DNA of 64,000 nt. Origin: Candidatus Wildermuthbacteria bacterium (GTDB taxonomy: Bacteria > Patescibacteriota > Minisyncoccia > Minisyncoccales > UBA10102). The translations under genes and the position numbers were made by a program. Each line of letters starts with the position of its first letter. Within the stretch, counting starts at the first letter, position 1. Where the stretch lies: contig JACPMK010000002.1 of assembly GCA_016186115.1 (NCBI GenBank), positions 200,983 to 264,982 on the forward strand, read 5' to 3'. Under the pieces are notes generated by a model. It ran no database searches. It was not told where the DNA came from and was given only the letters and a program-made list of their open reading frames with translations. Below are positions 18,663 through 25,661 of the stretch, one piece after another.

Positions 18663-19031
18663 TTAGCCGCGTGGGAAAAGTATCCCCGCGACCTGTTTTG
18701 CTACCGCGAGGATTGCGTGCTCTCCCTCACGCACGAGGGGTTCGGAACGTATCAGTTCGCGAACTCGGCTCTCTGAGAACGCAAGGAGCGTCTCAATTTG
18801 CAGCCTGTGTTCTTGCGGGAGAACTCTCTCTTGGAGTGTTGCCACATTGTCGTCAGGATTGATGGAGATTGTGATCCGTTGTCGAACTCAGGCGCCACCC
18901 GCATCCGGTTTTGACGCAATGACGAGCACCGGTTCGACTCGCGAGAGGAACCCGGACTTCACCGCCCGGAGAATCTCACGCATAGTCGTTCCGCCGCCTG
19001 AAACGAGCATAGCAATACGCAGTTTGTCCAC
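18663..19031 (-). pseudogene. purN: Decayed phosphoribosylglycinamide formyltransferase remnant
   Basis: A GTG start at 19031 follows an AAGGAG SD and gives VDKLRIAMLVSGGGTTMREILRAVKSGFLSRVEPVLVIASKPDAGGA, a PurN N-terminus. An in-frame TGA at 18888-18890 follows. The same frame then continues ...ITISINPDDNVATLQERVLPQEHRLQIETLLAF, the PurN C-terminal RV..QEH region. The catalytic middle (roughly 100 codons, including the NIHPSLLP region) is missing. Confidence 0.7.
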
Positions 19032-19145
19032 GCTCTTCTTCTCCTTCTTATTTAGTTGGGAATGTGCGACTCTGCTTCTCTATTAACAGATTCCAGTTAA
19101 GAAAACAACTGACAAGAAAATCTGTAAATCGCTGTGGGTATAAAC

Positions 19146-19176
19146 AAAAAAAACCGCCAATTTGGCGATTCTTTTA
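19146..19176 (-). terminator. Weak-stem terminator with a long U tract
   Basis: A short CGCC...GGCG stem is followed on the minus strand by nine T residues. It lies downstream of the NYN gene and site B. Confidence 0.4.
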
Positions 19177-19208
19177 AACGGGCTACTCCTGCGAAACTTA
19201 AACCCTTT

Positions 19209-19286
19209 CAGAAAGTTGGATTTTGAACTCAAAGAGTACCAAGCTCTGGCTTTCTTCGTGTCGGGTTGTGTTCCAACCATGCCGCA
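19209..19286. repeat. Conserved site, copy B (extended element)
   Basis: 19209-19283 aligns without gaps to 20943-21017 at 61 of 75 identities (my count). The core is GTGTCGGGTTGTG-ttccaa-CCATGCCGCA at 19258-19286. Confidence 0.8.
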
Positions 19287-19433
19287 AGAAAGCTTCCTAA
19301 CGAAAACATCTTAACACAAAATGTCCTCATGTAAATCAGTGGCTCAGAAACCTAACCACTTGACAGGAAAAACGAGGGGTGTATACTAAAAATACTAGAC
19401 CTGAACGGCATCCTTCGTGGGTGCCGTTCGCTT

Positions 19434-20078
19434 TTATAGGCCGCTACTCTCCCTATCTTCGTATTCCAGATATGTCCGCAAATATTCAAAGTCGAGAAAC
19501 TTACTCCCCGCGAAGCGCTTGATTTCTTTAGCCGTACGCGGCCCGCGAGCGAGCACCAAGACCTCTCTGCCGCTCTCGCATAGGTACTTGAACACCGGCA
19601 AGAAGTCGCCGTCGCCAGAGAGTACAATGGCACGATCGAAAGAATCTTTTTCGGTCGCCATCATCAAAGTCATATCTACATCGCAATTCGCCTTACGGAG
19701 CGGGTTGCCATCCATATCGTTGTAGGTCTTAACCGGCTTCAAGACGAGTGTGTATCCAAACGATTCCAGTTTGAGGAAGAAACACACGCGATTGTGATGG
19801 CGCGCGACAAGCTTGAGCTCGGCGTCGTTCATCTGATCACCGCGTTCCTTGACGTACCTGGAGAGATACTGGTCGAGCTTACGGACATTGACTGTCTTTT
19901 CAGTAAGATAGTCAAACGGAAAGTGATGGATCTCCACGCCGCCGAAATAGTAGAGCTGCGAGACGCCGTACTTCCGTTCCAAATAGCCGCGCAGTTTTTC
20001 ATAATCAATCTTCCAACCAAGGGATTTCTCGCCGCCGTAAAAAAGATTTGAAGCATCAATAAATGCAAATGTCTTCAT
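19434..20078 (-). CDS. NYN (LabA/DUF88-like) domain nuclease-fold protein
   Basis: From internal Met MKTFAFIDASNLFYG..., with later acidic motifs CDVDM and LSGDGDF typical of NYN/PIN-like domains. The longer ORF-track start (20333) would overlap the upstream gene. Confidence 0.65.
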   Translation of the reverse strand: MKTFAFIDASNLFYGGEKSLGWKIDYEKLRGYLERKYGVSQLYYFGGVEIHHFPFDYLTEKTVNVRKLDQYLSRYVKERGDQMNDAELKLVARHHNRVCFFLKLESFGYTLVLKPVKTYNDMDGNPLRKANCDVDMTLMMATEKDSFDRAIVLSGDGDFLPVFKYLCESGREVLVLARGPRTAKEIKRFAGSKFLDFEYLRTYLEYEDRESSGL

Positions 20079-20172
20079 GGATTTATCATAGCAAAAGATA
20101 GTTTCTTTGGCGATTGGTGCAAAAGAAAAGGCCGCTTGGCGAACCATGCGGCCTGAATAGGATACATCCTCG

Positions 20173-20529
20173 TTATTCGACTGGCTTATGTTCCACGAAC
20201 TCGTTCTTGGCGTGGGTTTTGAGCCAGATGCCAAAGTGGTAGGTCTTGATTCCAGGACATCTCTGAATGAGAAGCTCCTTGATGCGCTCGGCGCATTCCT
20301 TTTCTTGATCGATCGTGCGAACGCCAGAGTCAATCACGATCTCCAGAGGCAATGCGTTATCGGTGAACTCCGGGTCCTCAACAGAAGAGTAGAAGGCCAC
20401 ATCTTCAGCGGGATATCCTAACGCTTCAGCAATGGTCGTTCGAATTCGACTCTTCTGAAACCGGAGCAAATCCTTGAGATTTTGGGTACCGGTACCGCTC
20501 GCGAGGAATCTTGCTGTTATCTGTGGCAC
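20173..20529 (-). CDS. Hypothetical protein; possible tautomerase-superfamily member (Met-Pro start)
   Basis: 118-aa ORF starting MPQITARF. A Pro-1 start is suggestive of a tautomerase, but no other motif can be verified by eye. Confidence 0.3.
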   Translation of the reverse strand: MPQITARFLASGTGTQNLKDLLRFQKSRIRTTIAEALGYPAEDVAFYSSVEDPEFTDNALPLEIVIDSGVRTIDQEKECAERIKELLIQRCPGIKTYHFGIWLKTHAKNEFVEHKPVE

Positions 20530-20560
20530 TGCACACCTCCTTCAAAATAACCTTGGGAAT

Positions 20561-20857
20561 CTACTTGAGAAGACCCATCTGACGCCTCCAATAAAGATCT
20601 CGAATCTTCTCAATCATCAAGGGGCATACTGTATTTGAGTGGGTAACCTCGGCCCGCGTTTCCGGAAGATCAGAGGATTGGATCTCTTGACCCAGAGCTT
20701 TAGCTTCCACATCGGTTAGATTTCCAGCATCTTTATGCTGGAGAACATCCTCATAACCCATATCTCGTGCCCATACCTCACGACTCTCCGAACTATCAGA
20801 GAAAACGATCCTCCCATGAGCTTTGCATTGAGGGCAAACCTCAAAATGAATATCCAC
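20561..20857 (-). CDS. Hypothetical protein with a CPQC motif
   Basis: I prefer the GTG start at 20857 because AGGAGG lies 7 nt upstream. The ORF track starts at a TTG at 20932. No family recognised. Confidence 0.4.
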   Translation of the reverse strand: MDIHFEVCPQCKAHGRIVFSDSSESREVWARDMGYEDVLQHKDAGNLTDVEAKALGQEIQSSDLPETRAEVTHSNTVCPLMIEKIRDLYWRRQMGLLK

Positions 20858-20942
20858 GGGCTTTCCTCCTTGGAGCCAGATTTGTTGTTCTAATGCTGGT
20901 GATATGATATAGCAAATCGTCGCTTTTGTCAAACTGCCGCGT

Positions 20943-21020
20943 CAGAAAGTTGGATTTTGAACTCGAATGGTATCAAGCTCTCCCCTTCTTCATGTCGGGT
21001 TGTGAACTGCCCATACCTAC
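20943..21020. repeat. Conserved site, copy C (extended element)
   Basis: Core ATGTCGGGTTGTG-aactgc-CCATACCTAC at 20992-21020, beginning 9 nt 3' of the pyrH stop. The extended part matches copy B. Confidence 0.8.
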
Positions 21021-21028
21021 AGACAAAG

Positions 21029-21748
21029 TCATGATATGAGAGTTCCGGTAAATTCTTTGCCTTCAATGGCTTTTTTCAAATTCTCAAGATCGGTTCCCTT
21101 TACGGTTTTTACCACAAGGTGGATTTCTTCAGCCAACCTTGCCGCCACGGGGTCAATGGGCGAAGCAAGCCCCGGCTTCCATTTAGCAGGAATGAGTTTC
21201 CGGTATGTTTGCCAAGAGATTTCCGAAAATGGTTTTGCGTCTTTGTAGATCTTTGGATCTTTATCGTATACGAACGGAGTATCTCCGGCATCAATCATTT
21301 CTTTGGCATGGAATTTTTGCGCCAGCCGCACCGCAACATAGTCGGTGGACCAGCCCGGCCTCCAACCAGAAGCGATAAATAGTTTCGCCTTTTCCGCTTT
21401 CAGATCGAGGGCTTCCCCAAACGACGGGTCGTGATCAATCACAACCGGATGCGCTTCTTTTACAAAAATAGTGCGCATCAAATGGGCGTTCAAGCGAGTC
21501 GCGTGGATTCCAATCCAGTCCAAGTCCTCATCGGTCATCTTCACCACTTCTGCCGCAGAGCGATTATATACCCGCGCAGTTTTCCCTCCTCCGATTATCA
21601 AAATAAATCTTCTCCCATTGTTAAGCTCCTGTAATAAAAATCTCCGAAACTCTCGGAGAAATGAAACATTAATACCATCCTCGTCTGTCAAATGCGGAAC
21701 CACGATGGAACCCCCAAGCGCTATAACAACGAATTTTGAGTTGTCCAT
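21029..21748 (-). CDS. pyrH: Amino-acid-kinase family protein, archaeal-type UMP kinase-like
   Basis: From Met MDNSKFVVIALGGS, with IIGGGKTAR, GIHATRLNA and GWRPGWSTDYVA, matching the archaeal PyrH pattern. The ORF-track start at 21841 is less likely. Confidence 0.6.
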   Translation of the reverse strand: MDNSKFVVIALGGSIVVPHLTDEDGINVSFLREFRRFLLQELNNGRRFILIIGGGKTARVYNRSAAEVVKMTDEDLDWIGIHATRLNAHLMRTIFVKEAHPVVIDHDPSFGEALDLKAEKAKLFIASGWRPGWSTDYVAVRLAQKFHAKEMIDAGDTPFVYDKDPKIYKDAKPFSEISWQTYRKLIPAKWKPGLASPIDPVAARLAEEIHLVVKTVKGTDLENLKKAIEGKEFTGTLIS

Positions 21749-21885
21749 ACCCTGCCAGCCATTATATCCGCTTTTGCTCCCCGTGTCTATACCTCTATGA
21801 ATAAGAATATCCTCCGCGACAAACGCACAGAGGATTTTCATATTATTCCCCTATCACTGCGCAGAGTCCTGAAAATTTCCAGGAG

Positions 21886-21916
21886 ATAAAAAAGAAACGC
21901 CAGCATTGCTGACGCC
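21886..21916 (-). terminator. Rho-independent terminator/attenuator immediately upstream of pyrH
   Basis: On the minus strand CGTCAGC-aat-GCTGGCG (one G-U pair) is followed by TTTCTTTTTTAT. It lies about 140 nt upstream of the preferred pyrH start. Confidence 0.6.
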
Positions 21917-21946
21917 TTTCTGTCGATAACGGCCCGATTGAGGTGT

Positions 21947-22086
21947 GGGAGCGTCCCAAAATGGGACGCTCCCACTGCCCGGGTCTTCTTACCACCAGAA
22001 GACCCACATAAGAATAAACGAAACTAGCAACTGACGCATAACCGCCTCCTTTCCACCCTCCTGTTAGGGTAACTTCCACAGGAGGG
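21947..22086 (-). promoter_or_regulatory. Cluster of three strong hairpins (structured leader or ncRNA)
   Basis: Perfect stems of 12 bp (21947-21973), 9 bp (21981-22005) and 9 bp (22056-22086) lie between the nuclease stop and the terminator. Confidence 0.45.
21989..22039 (-). CDS. Candidate 16-codon sORF MRQLLVSFILMWVFWW
   Basis: The ATG lies 5 nt after AAGGAGG (ggaAAGGAGGcggttATG). The last codons TGG-GTC-TTC-TGG-TGG-TAA form the 5' arm and loop of the 21981-22005 hairpin. Too short for the ORF track. Confidence 0.3.
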   Translation of the reverse strand: MRQLLVSFILMWVFWW

Positions 22087-22126
22087 TTAAGATCGGCGTT
22101 TATGCTAAGCTATCTCGCTGAACTTG

Positions 22127-23014
22127 TCAAGAGCGAGTTTTGTATCGCCAACGCCGAGTTTGTTTTCGGGGCGATCCTGCGTATTTGGCCATAAAGGCGG
22201 GAAATCCGATTCTTTTGAGCTCCTGATGAAACTTGTAGTAGCCGCACCATTCTTTTGAACAGATCCAGCTATCAGCCGGGTGCAAACAATAAAAAATATT
22301 TCTTTGAATGGCGTCCATAATAGTGGCAACGTTTCTTAGAACAGTTTTTTTATCAATAAATGGGCGCACCACACGGAATCGCACAATTTTTGAATTATTT
22401 TTGGAGAGCACAATAAAATCCTTTGAAATACCCCTGGACGCCTGCCCGGTGATGCTTTGATAGCCAACTTGATAAATCGCAAGTTGAGGATCGGTCCGGA
22501 CATCTTGCGTATTTGGAGTTACCCTTGTTGTTTTGAGTTCATGGATAACTCCTTTGGTATCGGTCATATCGATACGGCCAACCAGTTCCAGGTTTGGCCG
22601 CACAGCAAAAGCGAAAGATGCCTCAACTAAGTCGGGCTCAATGTAGGGGTTTAAACGTTTGAAATATGTTTCGAGCCCCTGCAAACCCGTGTCAATCATG
22701 TCGCCAACTTTTATATTCCTTTCTTTGGAAAGATATTCTCTGGTAAGAAAGGGGCGCGCCTGCTCCAACTCCTGTTTGTATTCTTCCAAAGCATTCCCAA
22801 ATGATTCCACAAAAAATTCTTGCGCTTCAACCAATTTCAGCCCATTCCCGTCTTCTTTTTTCTGTTCAAAGTGATACTGCAGCGTTTCGTGCAAAGCAAA
22901 ACCATGCTTAAACACTTTGCGCGGAGATTTCACTACGCCAAGCACATAGTGAAAAAGATAATGCTCCGGACATCTGATATACGTCATGAGTCCAGAGAAA
23001 CTAATTTGTTTCAT
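22127..23014 (-). CDS. PD-(D/E)XK nuclease, Cas4/RecB-like with Cys cluster
   Basis: 295-aa ORF with an N-terminal Cys (IRCPEHY), a GRIDMTD...ELKT core, QLAIYQ, and C-terminal Cys residues (C...C..WC). Confidence 0.65.
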   Translation of the reverse strand: MKQISFSGLMTYIRCPEHYLFHYVLGVVKSPRKVFKHGFALHETLQYHFEQKKEDGNGLKLVEAQEFFVESFGNALEEYKQELEQARPFLTREYLSKERNIKVGDMIDTGLQGLETYFKRLNPYIEPDLVEASFAFAVRPNLELVGRIDMTDTKGVIHELKTTRVTPNTQDVRTDPQLAIYQVGYQSITGQASRGISKDFIVLSKNNSKIVRFRVVRPFIDKKTVLRNVATIMDAIQRNIFYCLHPADSWICSKEWCGYYKFHQELKRIGFPAFMAKYAGSPRKQTRRWRYKTRS

Positions 23015-23078
23015 AGCATTACAAAATCATACCGAAAAATAACGCACTTAACAAATTAAATAATATTTTCAAATAAAA

Positions 23079-23118
23079 TGTACATCAACTTCATCCCATC
23101 GCATAAAGTTGATGTACA
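23079..23118. repeat. Perfect 13-bp inverted repeat with a 14-nt spacer
   Basis: TGTACATCAACTT (23079-23091) and AAGTTGATGTACA (23106-23118) lie between the Zn-ribbon gene terminator and the nuclease gene start. Confidence 0.85.
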
Positions 23119-23121
23119 GTA

Positions 23122-23166
23122 GTAGAAAGAAAAAGAAAGGGCCCCTGGCTATGTTGGGCCAGGGGC
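23122..23166 (-). terminator. Terminator overlapping the end of the second Zn-ribbon gene
   Basis: 9-bp stem GCCCCTGGC/GCCAGGGGC, followed on the minus strand by CTTTCTTTTTCTTTC. A T-run also follows on the plus strand. Confidence 0.5.
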
Positions 23167-23463
23167 TTTTTTCTTGGATCGTGGAATGCGATACTCTTCC
23201 GGGTAAAGCGTACGGCGGCGGCTTTTCCTTGCGCTTGGATCCCTTTGAGCAGTAGCAAAAGTTGGGAGGGTCGGCCTGCTTATGGGATTATCCGTGGGAT
23301 TGGGATTATCCATGGGATGATGAACAATCTGTTTTCCAGTCGCATCAAGATAAACGTAATACCCGCACTGGATACAATTGTAGTAAACATCAGACCCATC
23401 GGCCTGGATTGTTAAGTCACCACAACATCGCCGGCATCCGCGGAAAATAACTGACTGCATCAT
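23149..23463 (-). CDS. Zn-ribbon small protein, paralogue 2
   Basis: From Met MMQSVIFRGCRRCCGDL...YYNCIQCGYY. The ATGA overlap with the upstream paralogue's stop suggests translational coupling. The tail is basic and proline-rich. Confidence 0.5.
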   Translation of the reverse strand: MMQSVIFRGCRRCCGDLTIQADGSDVYYNCIQCGYYVYLDATGKQIVHHPMDNPNPTDNPISRPTLPTFATAQRDPSARKSRRRTLYPEEYRIPRSKKKAPGPT

Positions 23464-23699
23464 TGTTCTCTCCTTGCAGGATCGAAACGTTTTACAGTAG
23501 CTTCTTCTGTCTCCGTCAGATAATACCCGCACTGAATACAATAGATATAATTCCCATACCGGTCACGATCTGGCGTAAGATCGCCATTACACCGTGGGCA
23601 CCCTTTAAGCCATACCGCGCAAGGGTGCGCATCTGTCGAGAATCCAACAAACTCTACAATTTTTTGGGGCAGATTGCGAAACCTCGAAACAGTAATCAT
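23460..23699 (-). CDS. Zn-ribbon small protein, paralogue 1
   Basis: 79-aa ORF with GCPRCNGDL...YIYCIQCGYY, the same CxxC...CxxC motif as the downstream gene. Confidence 0.5.
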   Translation of the reverse strand: MITVSRFRNLPQKIVEFVGFSTDAHPCAVWLKGCPRCNGDLTPDRDRYGNYIYCIQCGYYLTETEEATVKRFDPARREQ

Positions 23700-23768
23700 T
23701 CCTACCCCTCCTTTTTGTATTTAGCGCAACAATACCATGAAAATAGAAAAACTGCAAGCTAATCTTTT

Positions 23769-24530
23769 TCACATGCGAAGCTCTGCCTCCGCAGTACATT
23801 TGCGGTAGCGGCAAAAATCGCATTGAGCAGCTGCTGCGGGCAATGCGTCTGATATAAGGCAGGCATGCGCTTTTGCAAGCGCGTCCTCAACCCATGAATC
23901 ATTCCCCTCGTACGGAATAATCTTCACATCGAATTTCAATTTGCCGTCGAACGCTTTTGCGTCGGTTTTCCCGTTCACGTATACAAAATATCCAATCTCT
24001 GAAACATCGAATCCATTCTTTCGAAAAAGCCATTGATAAATTTCTATCTGCCGCCTGTATCCCTCTTGCCAGTCAGCATCAATGCCAATTTCTCCGTTTT
24101 TTGCAGTGGCCTTGTAATCAACAATGTGGAGTTTGCCTTGAGAATTAATCCAGACATCATCAATTCCTCCCCGAACAATAAAATTAGCTGCCTCGTAAAA
24201 AAATCTAATTCCGGCGGTGCGCGCATCGCGCCATTCTTCCATTTTTTCATGCTGAAAAGGAATCGCATCAATGCCGTACGTTTCCACCAAAGGATGCTTC
24301 GTACCCTCTGCGCGGTGAATATCAAATTCTTTTTTGAGTAAAATATCCACTGCATTATTCAAACTGAATGGAAATCCCGGCGGCTGGGCTATGCCTAAAC
24401 GCTGATCAAAATAAAAACAGCGGGCGCAGTTCATAAAAAGATCAAGCTTGGTCCGGCTTAGCACAAATGGCTCTTTTGATTTTGGGTCGAATAGTCCTCT
24501 TACCCGTTGTCCTGAATAATATTGCGACAT
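23769..24530 (-). CDS. PD-(D/E)XK nuclease, Cas4-like with Cys cluster
   Basis: 253-aa ORF with N-terminal CARC, GGIDD...IVDYK, RRQIEIYQ, and C-terminal CDFCRYRKC. Confidence 0.65.
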   Translation of the reverse strand: MSQYYSGQRVRGLFDPKSKEPFVLSRTKLDLFMNCARCFYFDQRLGIAQPPGFPFSLNNAVDILLKKEFDIHRAEGTKHPLVETYGIDAIPFQHEKMEEWRDARTAGIRFFYEAANFIVRGGIDDVWINSQGKLHIVDYKATAKNGEIGIDADWQEGYRRQIEIYQWLFRKNGFDVSEIGYFVYVNGKTDAKAFDGKLKFDVKIIPYEGNDSWVEDALAKAHACLISDALPAAAAQCDFCRYRKCTAEAELRM

Positions 24531-24533
24531 AAA

Positions 24534-24923
24534 TTACGCGCAATGCACAGTAATATTTCTTTCCCTGGGCCCGCCCAATTCAATCAGAATTACTTTCTGC
24601 CATGGCCCGAGCATCAACTCGCCTTTCTCGACCGGGATGCACAACGATGGCCCTATAATAGAAGTGAGAATATGATACTTCACGTGCTCTGGTTTATGGG
24701 GATGGCGATATTTTAAAGCAGGCACCACCAGTTCAAAAGCATCAAGCATGTCCAGATCAGTTCCTTCATCAAGATCTGCCGTAGTAAGCGCGGCTGATGT
24801 ATGCACAACAAATAAATGACAGACACCATCTTTAATTCCCTTTTCCCCCACGATCTTCTGAACTTCAGCAGTGATATCAACAATTTCCCTTTCTTTTTTC
24901 GTTTTGATGATAATCTCTTCCAT
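24534..24923 (-). CDS. yjbQ: YjbQ/UPF0047 family (secondary thiamine-phosphate synthase-like)
   Basis: 129-aa ORF with HTSAALT..ADLD, RHP..PEH and ELGGPRER motifs typical of the family. Confidence 0.8.
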   Translation of the reverse strand: MEEIIIKTKKEREIVDITAEVQKIVGEKGIKDGVCHLFVVHTSAALTTADLDEGTDLDMLDAFELVVPALKYRHPHKPEHVKYHILTSIIGPSLCIPVEKGELMLGPWQKVILIELGGPRERNITVHCA

Positions 24924-24924
24924 A

Positions 24925-25593
24925 TCAGAATGCTCCTTTCTCTTCAGAGAAGGGCGGCTTTTTTGTTTCCGGGCGCACGGGCTGGCGCACTTTTGGGATA
25001 ATCAACGGACGAATAGGAAACAGAAGAATCACTGCGAACATCGTGAACGCGCTCACGAAAATAAATACAGCAGAAAACCCAAATGTACTTGCCATCCATC
25101 CTCCCAGGGCACCTGCGACTCCAGCGCCAAATCCAAGGGCCGTGCTTTCGATACTCCAATCAAATGCCTCCTGCCCTTTGTCGATATGCCTCGTAAAAAT
25201 GCCGGCCCATGTTGGCACCGCACAAGCCATGGCTATGCCATGAATAAATTCAAGCGCATACAACTGCCATGCAGAATTAATAAACAGATACCCAAGCGGC
25301 ACAAGACCCGAGAGAAATAAACCCCACACAAGAAAATAAAAATCATCGATTTCTCCATGATTCTTATCCACATGGCGCGCGATAAAAGGTTGAGCTATAG
25401 ATTTCGTTATCCAATACAGGCCCGCTGAAAATCCCACCACTCGGAGATCGCCATCTGCAATTTGCTCTGTCACAAAAACAGCAAAAATTGGGGCAATAAA
25501 TCCCCAACCCATCGAAAGCGAAAGATCACTCGTAATTAAAAAACGAACTACTTTATTGAGCGAAATTCGAAAGGTAAATTTAATCGTCTTCAT
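24925..25593 (-). CDS. Six-TM MFS-like membrane protein (half-size)
   Basis: 222-aa hydrophobic ORF resembling one MFS half. No partner half is adjacent, so it could be a truncated or a genuinely half-size transporter. Confidence 0.45.
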   Translation of the reverse strand: MKTIKFTFRISLNKVVRFLITSDLSLSMGWGFIAPIFAVFVTEQIADGDLRVVGFSAGLYWITKSIAQPFIARHVDKNHGEIDDFYFLVWGLFLSGLVPLGYLFINSAWQLYALEFIHGIAMACAVPTWAGIFTRHIDKGQEAFDWSIESTALGFGAGVAGALGGWMASTFGFSAVFIFVSAFTMFAVILLFPIRPLIIPKVRQPVRPETKKPPFSEEKGAF

Positions 25594-25661
25594 ATGGTAT
25601 GCACTACCCGAATATTACTTCAGCATACACTCGAACCTTCCCATCCGCAATATCCTTCCGA

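Noticed and set aside
18888-18890. In-frame TGA in the purN remnant as a sign of UGA recoding (code 25, as in some CPR lineages)
   Set aside because: Many well-supported genes in this window terminate with TGA at the expected length (for example dprA, the 30991 gene, the 45762 gene). The purN remnant also lacks about 100 internal codons regardless of how the TGA is read.
13790-21020. The three conserved sites as integron attC sites
   Set aside because: attC sites need inverted R''/R' cores (RYYYAAC...GTTRRRY) that form a hairpin. Here GTTGGAT- and GTTGTGA-like strings are in direct orientation, no extended self-complementarity is present, and no intI gene is nearby.
21843-22079. 78-aa minus-strand ORF from the track in the pyrH upstream region
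   Set aside because: It runs straight through three perfect hairpins and the terminator and has no SD or motif. The SD-preceded 16-codon sORF in another frame is the more credible coding element.
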